In this document: positions 57,283-64,000 of the stretch, in pieces
How positions within the stretch are numbered: position 1 is the stretch's first letter
How the letters are laid out: each line of letters opens with the position of its first letter
Origin: Actinomycetota bacterium
GTDB lineage: Bacteria; Actinomycetota; Thermoleophilia; Solirubrobacterales; Solirubrobacteraceae
Direction of reading: 5' to 3'
Assembly: GCA_005885515.1 (NCBI GenBank)
Contig: VAWK01000022.1
Location: forward strand, 27,562-91,561
DNA length: 64,000 nucleotides
Program-made: the position numbers and the translations under genes
Notes under the pieces: model-generated
What the model saw: the letters and a program-made list of their open reading frames with translations, nothing else
Database searches by the model: none
Told to the model about the DNA's origin: nothing

Positions 57283-58487
57283 GCGCCACCGAGATTGGCG
57301 GGCGATACCGGCTGGAAGGCCGGCTGGGCCACGGCGGGATGTCCACCGTGCACCGCGCCTTCGATGAGCGGCTGGAGCGCCAGGTGGCGGTCAAGCTGCT
57401 GGCGGAGCACCTCGCCGACGACCCCACCTTTGTTTCGCGATTCAAGCGCGAGGCCCAGGCGGCTGCGCGCCTGGTGCATCCCAACATCGTGCAGGTGTTC
57501 GACTCCGGCCAGGACGAGCTCACCGGCCAGTACTTCATCGTGATGGAGTACATCGAGGGTTCCTCGTGCGCCGAGATCCTGCGCGACGACGGCTGGGTGG
57601 AGGTCGAGGAGGCGATCTCGATCATCGCGCAGGCCTGCGAGGGGCTCCACTACGCCCACCGTCACGGCGTCGTGCACCGCGACGTCAAGCCCGGCAACCT
57701 CCTGCGCGCGCGCGAGGGCGAGGTCAAGCTGGCGGACTTCGGCATCGCCAAGGCGACCGAGCAGTCGAGCATCACGCAGGTCGGGTCGGTGCTGGGCACG
57801 GCGGCCTACCTGGCGCCCGAGCAGGCGCGCGGCGAGGAAGCCGGTCCCGCCGCCGACCTGTACGCGCTGGGCGTCGTCGCCTACCAGCTCATCTCCGGGC
57901 GGCTGCCATACGAGGCCACCTCGCTCACCGAGCTGGCGCTCAAGCAGCAGCAGGAGACGCCGGCGATGCTCGACACGCTCGTCGCAGCCGTGGGTCCGGA
58001 GCTCGCCGACGCGGTGGCGATCGCGCTGGCGCTCGATCCTCGCGACCGTTACGAGAGCGCCCGCGAAATGGGGCGCTCGCTCGCCGACGGCGCCAGCGGG
58101 ATCGCGCCAGACGGTCGCCGCCGGCCAGGCAGTGCCGCGCAGGAGACAGAGGCCACGAGCCTGCTGGCGCGGGATCGACCGCTCAGCGAAGCAACGCGCC
58201 AGCGCGGCGCCAGCCCGACCGTGGTCCCGCGCAGTCCCCGCCGGGGACCCCCGCGAGAGGCGGCGGTGGCCGGACCGTACCCGCCTGCTCGGGCGGCCAG
58301 GCGCGGCCGCGGACGGGGGCTGCTGCTGACAATGCTTGTCCTGCTGGTGCTCGCTGCGGGGATCGCCGCCGCGATCGTCGCCACGGCCCCCGGGCCTACC
58401 CGCGTGGTGCTGCGCAACGTCGTCTACTCCGACGTGGAGCACACCGCCAGCGCGCTCAAGCAGCTCGTTTCCGAAAACACAAAGTAG
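57279..58487 (+). CDS. Ser/Thr protein kinase with C-terminal TM and a short extracytoplasmic tail
   Basis: GHGGMSTV..VAVK, HRDVKPGNLL, DFGIA, APEQ, and TM LLLTMLVLLVLAAGIAAAIVA. Confidence 0.9.
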   Translation: MSATEIGGRYRLEGRLGHGGMSTVHRAFDERLERQVAVKLLAEHLADDPTFVSRFKREAQAAARLVHPNIVQVFDSGQDELTGQYFIVMEYIEGSSCAEILRDDGWVEVEEAISIIAQACEGLHYAHRHGVVHRDVKPGNLLRAREGEVKLADFGIAKATEQSSITQVGSVLGTAAYLAPEQARGEEAGPAADLYALGVVAYQLISGRLPYEATSLTELALKQQQETPAMLDTLVAAVGPELADAVAIALALDPRDRYESAREMGRSLADGASGIAPDGRRRPGSAAQETEATSLLARDRPLSEATRQRGASPTVVPRSPRRGPPREAAVAGPYPPARAARRGRGRGLLLTMLVLLVLAAGIAAAIVATAPGPTRVVLRNVVYSDVEHTASALKQLVSENTK

Positions 58488-58499
58488 GGCGGCCATCGC

Positions 58500-59165
58500 G
58501 TGGCAACGATGCTCGCCTCGCTAATCGATGTCAGCCGGGTCGGCTACCCGCTGCTGTTCGTGATGGTGATGGCCGAGTCCTCCGGCCTGCTCGTCCCCGG
58601 GGAGACCGCTCTGATCGCCGCGTCGGTGCTGGCCAGCCAGGGCAAGCTGAAAATCGAGCTCGTGATCGCGCTCGCCGCCTCAGCGGCGATCGTCGGCGAC
58701 AACATCGGATACGTGATCGGCCGCAAGGGTGGGCGCTGGGTGCTCGAGCGTCCGGGGCGCTTTTACCGCCAGCGGCTGGAGGTGCTGCGCGTCGGCGAGC
58801 CCTTCTTCGAGCGCCACGGGCCCAAGGCGGTGTTCTTCGGACGCTTCCTGCTCGGCCTGCGCGTGTGGGCGTCCTGGCTGGCCGGCGGCACGCGCATGCA
58901 CTGGCGCTCGTTCCTGCTGTGGAACGCGCTCGGGGGCATCACCTGGGCCACCGCCGTGGGCCTGATCGCGTACTTCCTCGGCCACTCGGCCGGCCACGCC
59001 ATACAGACCTTCGGCCTGTACGGGCTCGTCGCCGCGCTCCTCGCGATCGTCAGCGCGCTGGCCCTGCACCGCCGCCACCGGCAGCGACCCAGCGCCCGAC
59101 AGCGACGGGCCGCCCGATCGACGGCCCGCCATCCGCTCGACCCTCCGCCGACCCCCGGCGAGTGA
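58500..59165 (+). CDS. DedA-family membrane protein
   Basis: VPGETALIAASVLA, GDNIGYVIGRKGG and FFGRF motifs. Confidence 0.85.
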   Translation: MATMLASLIDVSRVGYPLLFVMVMAESSGLLVPGETALIAASVLASQGKLKIELVIALAASAAIVGDNIGYVIGRKGGRWVLERPGRFYRQRLEVLRVGEPFFERHGPKAVFFGRFLLGLRVWASWLAGGTRMHWRSFLLWNALGGITWATAVGLIAYFLGHSAGHAIQTFGLYGLVAALLAIVSALALHRRHRQRPSARQRRAARSTARHPLDPPPTPGE

Positions 59166-59183
59166 TCGCCGCGGGCGCTGGGC

Positions 59184-59684
59184 TCAAGGGGTCTCAGACT
59201 TGCTCTCGGACTCGCCCTCGATCACCGGAGCAGTGCCGCCGACGCTGATCGCCACGCGGCGGGGCTTGCGCTGCTCGCGCTTCGGCACCCGCACCTCGAG
59301 CACGCCCTTGTCGGAGCGCGCCTGGATGCTGTCGGGGTCGATGCCCTCGGGCAGCGTGAGCGATCGCGAGAAGCTCCCCGACGCCCGCTCCAGCCGGTAC
59401 AGGCCCTCCTTGCGCTCCTCGTGCTCGGACTTGCGCTCGCCCGAGATCGTGAGGACGTTGTCCTCCAGCTCCACGTGTACCTCGTCCTCGCGCACGCCGG
59501 GCAGATCAGCGCGCAGAACGTAGCGATCGTCCTCTTCGATCAGGTCCATGGCGGGGATCCAGCGGCGCAGCGCGCCACCATCTCCCGCGCCGGCGGGCGA
59601 GTCGAAGAAGGTCCCGAAGAGTCGGTTCATTTCTTGCTGGATCGACTGCAGCTCACGTGCAGGCTCCCATCTGATGATCGCCAT
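59184..59684 (-). CDS. Hsp20/alpha-crystallin small heat-shock protein
   Basis: ACD: YVLRADLPGVREDEVHVELEDNVLTISGERK ... LTLPEGIDPD. ATG at 59684 has GGAGG upstream. Confidence 0.9.
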   Translation of the reverse strand: MAIIRWEPARELQSIQQEMNRLFGTFFDSPAGAGDGGALRRWIPAMDLIEEDDRYVLRADLPGVREDEVHVELEDNVLTISGERKSEHEERKEGLYRLERASGSFSRSLTLPEGIDPDSIQARSDKGVLEVRVPKREQRKPRRVAISVGGTAPVIEGESESKSETP

Positions 59685-59726
59685 TGTGCTTACCTCCAAC
59701 CAATCGATATTGCTCTCATGCCTGCC

Positions 59727-59755
59727 ATTATAAAATCTAAGTCTGGACCTATCAA
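59727..59755 (-). promoter_or_regulatory. Near-consensus sigma-70-type promoter for hsp20
   Basis: The minus strand reads TTGATA (59755-59750), a 17-nt spacer, then TATAAT (59732-59727), about 43 nt upstream of the ATG in an AT-rich island. Confidence 0.5.
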
Positions 59756-59935
59756 GTATGTCCGCGAGAAGCGTGGCCGGCGACGCGCCATCCCGGATCC
59801 ACGCGGCGCCTCTCAGAGGTGAATTACCCGCAAAAAGCGGGCACGCACCGTCGGCGGTTCACAACCACCCGGCGCAGCTCTATGCGAGGGCTGACGGTGG
59901 TCGGTTTCGGGCGGCTCGTGGTTCGGGCGGCTTGC

Positions 59936-60439
59936 TCAGCAGCCGTTGCACGGCGCGATGCGCTCGCACATCTCAGCCATCACGCTGAGCTCTTCCTCGG
60001 AGAAGCGCGAGATGAAGTGCTCGCGCACGACCCCCACCTGCGTGCTGCGGGCTTCCTGCAGGCGTTCGCGGCCGGCATCGGTGACGCATGCATATGCCCC
60101 GCGCGCGTCGTGATCGCAAGAGCAGCGGTGAAGCAGTCCGTCGCGCTCCAGCCGGTCGACGAGCCGCGTCAGGCCGCTGCGTGACAGCTGCGCGTGCTCG
60201 GCCAGATCGCCCATGCGCATGCGCCCGCCGGCGGCCAGCGCGAGGTGGTGCAGGACCTCGTAGGAGCTCATCGGCAGGCCGTGTGCGCGCTCGAGCTCGG
60301 CGTCCAGTCGCTTCACCAGGCAGGCGTGCGTGCGCAGCAGGCCCCGCCAAGCCCGCTCAGCGAGCTCGATCCGGCCCCCCAAGGCGATCAGGGCGCTCTC
60401 CTCTCCGGCTGAATTCGTGACTGCGGTCGCGCTCGACAT
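59936..60439 (-). CDS. MarR-family transcriptional regulator
   Basis: wHTH MGDLAEHAQLSRSGLTRLVDRLERDGLL. The C-terminus is Cys-rich (HRCSCDHD ... APCNGC). Confidence 0.85.
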   Translation of the reverse strand: MSSATAVTNSAGEESALIALGGRIELAERAWRGLLRTHACLVKRLDAELERAHGLPMSSYEVLHHLALAAGGRMRMGDLAEHAQLSRSGLTRLVDRLERDGLLHRCSCDHDARGAYACVTDAGRERLQEARSTQVGVVREHFISRFSEEELSVMAEMCERIAPCNGC

Positions 60440-60532
60440 GCCGTCTGAACCTGAAGCCTTCCTACCGAACATAGCAGCGTCTGCCGCCGCCGCATGCCAG
60501 CGCGCTTTCATACCGCGTCGCTGCCGCCGGGC

Positions 60533-60895
60533 TCATTCCCGAGTCGCCTTCCACGCCCACCACATCATCAGCGGCTGCAGCGGCAGCCGCGCATACAGCG
60601 CCCAGCGTGGGATCCGCGGGAAGCGCTCGGGCGCGCGCGCCATGTACAGGTTCGCCGGGAACACCGCCGCCAGCAGCGCGATCAGGCCGACGCCGGCCGC
60701 CCGGCGCGTCGGCGCCAGCAGCGCCCCCACGCCGCCGAGCACCTCCGTCACGCCGCTCAGCGCCACGACGCGCCGGGCCTCGCCGTGCAGGCGCGGCGGC
60801 ACGATCTGCTGGTAGGCGCGCGGCATCACGAAGTGATTGACACCCGCGCCGATGAAGAAGGTGCCGAGCGCCCGCGTCGAGCGTTTCATTTGCAC
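60533..60895 (-). CDS. Small DoxX-like membrane protein
   Basis: A 120-aa ORF with 3-4 TM segments (GAGVNHFVMPRAYQQIVP ... FPANLYMA). Confidence 0.5.
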   Translation of the reverse strand: MQMKRSTRALGTFFIGAGVNHFVMPRAYQQIVPPRLHGEARRVVALSGVTEVLGGVGALLAPTRRAAGVGLIALLAAVFPANLYMARAPERFPRIPRWALYARLPLQPLMMWWAWKATRE

Positions 60896-62457
60896 AGCAG
60901 CGAGCGGCCGGTCATCTCTTGCGGCTGAGCGATCCCCAGCAGCTCGAGCACGGTGGGCGCGACGTCGGCGAGGATCCCGTGCTGCCTCAGCTGCACGCCG
61001 CTGACCGACGTGATCAGCGGCACCGGGTTGAGCGAGTGGGCCGTGTTGGGACTGCCGTCGGGCTCCAGCATGTGCTCGGCGTTACCGTGATCGGCCGTCA
61101 CCACGCACGCGCCCCGGTCGGCGTGCACCGTCGCCACGATCTCGCCGAGGCAGGTGTCGACCGTCTCGATCGCCTGAACGGCCGCCTCGATCACGCCCGT
61201 GTGGCCGACCATGTCGGGGTTGGCGAAGTTGATGATCGCGAACGCCGGGCGCTGCTCTGACCACGCCGCCACGAACGCCGTCGCGGCCTCGCGCGCGCTC
61301 ATCTGCGGCTTGTGATCGTAGGTTGGCACCTCACGCGGCGAGGGCACCAGCTCGCGGCGCTCGCCGGGCAGCGACGCCTCCTGGCCGCCATTGAAGAAGT
61401 ACGTGACGTGCGGGTACTTCTCCGTCTCGGCCACGTGCAGCTGCGGGACGCCGGCGCGCGCGAGCGTCAGCGCCAGCGTCGTGCCCGGGCGCTCGGGCGG
61501 GAACGCCACCGGATACGGCCAGTCCTCCTCGTAGCGGGTCAGCGTGGCGTAGCGCGTCACCGCGGGGGCGCCGCCGCGTCCGCGCCAGCCCGGCAGCGAC
61601 TCCGACGCCGCGTCCTCGTCGAAGCCCGGCTCGGCGAGCGCGCGCGAGAGCTGGCGCATGCGATCGGGTCGGAAGTTGAACGCGAGCACGCTGTCCGACG
61701 GACGGATTCTCGCCTCCCCGCCGACCAGCGTGGGCTCGATGAACTCGTCCGTCTCGCCGCGCGCGTAGGCCTGCTCGACCGCCTGCTCGCCGCTGTCGGC
61801 CTGGTAGGGCGCCTGGCCGTGCACCACCAGGTCATACGCGCGCTGCGTGCGATCCCAGCGCCGGTCGCGGTCCATCGCCCAGTAGCGCCCGATCACCGAG
61901 CCGACGCGCGCTCCCGCCAGGCGATCGAGCTGGGCGAGGAACCCCGCCCCCGCGCGCGGCAGCGTGTCGCGCCCGTCGGTGAACGCGTGGATCACGACGT
62001 CCTCGGCGCCGCGTGCGCGAGCCAGCTCGACCAGCGCCAGCAGGTGCCCCAGCGAGGAGTGCACGCCGCCGTCGGAGACGAGCCCCAGCAGGTGCACCCG
62101 CGGGGCGTCGCCCAGGGCCGCCCGCAGCACCTCGTTCGCGGCCAGCCCCACGCCGGGCGCCGCGCCCGCCGCGACCGCGTCGTCCACGCGCACCAGATCC
62201 TGGCGCACGACCGCGCCCGCGCCGAGGTTGAGGTGCCCGACCTCGGAGTTGCCCATCTGCCCCTCGGGCAGCCCCACCGCCCGTCCCGACGCGTCCAGCG
62301 TGGCGTGGGAATAAGTGCGCCACAGCTCATCGAACACGGGCGTGCGCGCGAGCGAGACGGCGTTGCCAGCCGACGGCTCGGCAAGCCCCCAGCCATCGAG
62401 CACGACCAGGCACGCGCACGGCACCGGCACGCGGTCGGGGCCGGAGGCGAGGCTCAT
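60886..62457 (-). CDS. gpmI: 2,3-bisphosphoglycerate-independent phosphoglycerate mutase
   Basis: VVLDGWG, GNSEVGHLNLGAG, and TADHGNAE near the C-terminus. Confidence 0.95.
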   Translation of the reverse strand: MSLASGPDRVPVPCACLVVLDGWGLAEPSAGNAVSLARTPVFDELWRTYSHATLDASGRAVGLPEGQMGNSEVGHLNLGAGAVVRQDLVRVDDAVAAGAAPGVGLAANEVLRAALGDAPRVHLLGLVSDGGVHSSLGHLLALVELARARGAEDVVIHAFTDGRDTLPRAGAGFLAQLDRLAGARVGSVIGRYWAMDRDRRWDRTQRAYDLVVHGQAPYQADSGEQAVEQAYARGETDEFIEPTLVGGEARIRPSDSVLAFNFRPDRMRQLSRALAEPGFDEDAASESLPGWRGRGGAPAVTRYATLTRYEEDWPYPVAFPPERPGTTLALTLARAGVPQLHVAETEKYPHVTYFFNGGQEASLPGERRELVPSPREVPTYDHKPQMSAREAATAFVAAWSEQRPAFAIINFANPDMVGHTGVIEAAVQAIETVDTCLGEIVATVHADRGACVVTADHGNAEHMLEPDGSPNTAHSLNPVPLITSVSGVQLRQHGILADVAPTVLELLGIAQPQEMTGRSLLCK

Positions 62458-63212
62458 CGCCGCGCGGCGGCGACGATCCGCGCGAAGGAGTCCACCTGCA
62501 GCGAGGCCCCGCCAACGAGCGCGCCGTCGATGTCCGGCAGCTCGAGCAGACCAGCGGCGTTGTCGGGATCCACCGAGCCGCCGTACAGGATCCGCACCTG
62601 CTGCGCCGCGCGCTCGTCGCGCGCCGCGAGCAGCGCGCGGATGAACGCGATCGCCTCCTGCGCCTGCTCGGGGCTAGCCACCCGCCCGGTCCCGATCGCC
62701 CACACCGGCTCGTACGCGATCACCAGCTCGCTCAGCTGCTCCGCGGCGACGCCCCCCAGGTCCTCCGCGATCTGCTGGCGCAGGCGCCGCTCGGTGTCTC
62801 CCGCATCGCGCTCCTGCTCGCTCTCGCCCACGCACAGCAGCGGCGTCAACCCCGCCCGCAGCGCGGCGGGGACCTTGAGCGCGAGCGCGTGGTCGCTCTC
62901 GCCGAACTGCGCCCGCCGCTCGGAGTGGCCCAGCACCACGCCCTGCACGCCGGCCTCGCTGAGCATCGGCGCCGAGACCTCGCCCGTGTAGGCGCCCTGG
63001 TCCTCCTGGTGCATGTTCTGCGCGTAGACCTCCACGCGCGATCCGCGCGCGCTGTCGGCCAGCGCCTTCAGGTCGGTGTACGGCGCGCAGATCGCCACCC
63101 CGACCCCCTCGAGCGCGGCCACTCGCGGCAGCAGCGCCTGGATGTACTCCTCGGCCTGCCGTTCGCTCTTGTGCATCTTCCAGTTGCCCGCGATCAGCGG
63201 GTTGCGCGCCAT
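62454..63212 (-). CDS. tpiA: Triosephosphate isomerase
   Basis: Motifs IAGNWKMHK, GHSERR and AYEPVWAIGTG. Confidence 0.95.
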   Translation of the reverse strand: MARNPLIAGNWKMHKSERQAEEYIQALLPRVAALEGVGVAICAPYTDLKALADSARGSRVEVYAQNMHQEDQGAYTGEVSAPMLSEAGVQGVVLGHSERRAQFGESDHALALKVPAALRAGLTPLLCVGESEQERDAGDTERRLRQQIAEDLGGVAAEQLSELVIAYEPVWAIGTGRVASPEQAQEAIAFIRALLAARDERAAQQVRILYGGSVDPDNAAGLLELPDIDGALVGGASLQVDSFARIVAAARR

Positions 63213-64000
63213 CAGCGGGCCACGCCGGCGCCGTCGAGCGCCTCCACGCCCGGCAGCGCGCGGCCCTCCACGAGCTCGAGCGTGGCGCCGCCGCCAGTCG
63301 AGAGGTGGTCGACGGCATGCTCGAGGCCGAAGCGCGCGAGCGCCGCGCCCGAGTCCCCACCGCCGACCACGGTCACGCCGCTGGCGCGCGCGACCGCCTC
63401 GGCCACGGTTCGCGTCCCCTGCGCGAAGGCTTCCAGCTCAAAGGCGCCCATCGGGCCGTTCCAGAACACCGAGCCGGCGCGCTCGACCTCGGCCGCGTAG
63501 CGTGCCGCGCTCGCCGGCCCGATGTCGAGGCCGATCCACCCGTCGGGCACGTCCACCCCGTCGAGCACCCGGCGCTCGGCGTCGGCGGCCATGCGGTCGC
63601 CGAGCACGAGGTCGCTGGGCAGCTCCAGTCGCGCGCTCTCCGGCGTGGCCGCGTGCGCGAGCCCGCGGCGGGCCAGCTCGACGTCGTGCTGCTCGCACAG
63701 CGAGGCTCCGACGGCGTGACCCTGGGCGGCGAGGAACGGAAAGCACATCGCCCCGCCCACGCACAGCACGTCTGCGAGCGTCAGCAGGCGATCGATCACG
63801 CCGATCTTGTCTGCGACCTTGGCGCCGCCGATGACCGCCACCAGCGGGCGCGCCGGGTGCTCGAGGATGCGCGTCAGCGTCGCTACCTCGCGTTCAAGCA
63901 GCCGGCCGGCGGCACACGGCAGCAGGTGCGCCACCCCCTCGGTGCTCGCGTGTGCGCGGTGCGAGGCGCCGAAGGCGTCATTCACGTATGCGTCGGCGAG
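63212..64000 (-). CDS. pgk: Phosphoglycerate kinase, C-terminal two-thirds (5' end outside the window)
   Basis: NDAFGASHRAHAST, FWNGPMGAFE and VVGGGDS. The frame stays open to the window edge. Confidence 0.95.
   Translation of the reverse strand, partial: LADAYVNDAFGASHRAHASTEGVAHLLPCAAGRLLEREVATLTRILEHPARPLVAVIGGAKVADKIGVIDRLLTLADVLCVGGAMCFPFLAAQGHAVGASLCEQHDVELARRGLAHAATPESARLELPSDLVLGDRMAADAERRVLDGVDVPDGWIGLDIGPASAARYAAEVERAGSVFWNGPMGAFELEAFAQGTRTVAEAVARASGVTVVGGGDSGAALARFGLEHAVDHLSTGGGATLELVEGRALPGVEALDGAGVAR

Overview
A 64 kb, very GC-rich (roughly 70 percent by eye) chromosomal segment. Gene content and order look like a deep-branching, rod-shaped actinobacterium (Thermoleophilia/Rubrobacteria-like); that is an inference, since no search was possible. 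Most of it is housekeeping: rsfS-nadD-proA-proB-obg, rpmA-rplU-RNase E/G, the rod-shape cluster rodA-mrdA-mreDCB, maf-ndk, folC, clpX-clpP-tig, a sulfate ABC operon with an Rrf2 regulator, a Zn cluster (ZIP, zur, znuA-like), tRNA-Gly(CCC), argS, a Ser/Thr-kinase operon, hsp20, and gpmI-tpiA-pgk. The most interesting items are:
- An NRAMP-family permease whose soft-metal ligands are replaced (DPGN->DAGG, AxxMPH->TTITPY). It sits beside a soluble PRC-barrel/MgtE-N/CBS protein, making a candidate split hard-cation (Mg2+) uptake system.
- A System I cytochrome c maturation set with a Cys-type (CxxxY) CcmE, yet a CcmH-like gene lies 14 kb away.
- A polytopic membrane protein with presenilin-like D / GxGD / PA(L) motifs, back-to-back with a DsbA-like gene.
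- An 864-aa wall hydrolase combining SLT, a degenerate LytM domain and an M15 domain.
- Two apparent 1-nt frameshifts, in mrdA and in the MgtE-N/CBS gene.
- A lower-GC patch of decayed genes at 40.0-42.3 kb.
- Several intergenic tandem repeats, palindromes and a possible sRNA locus.

No CRISPR array, rRNA, transposase or integrase was seen. Start codons are best guesses from motif position, SD-like sequences and overlaps. Many long alternative-frame ORFs in the track are GC artefacts and were rejected.
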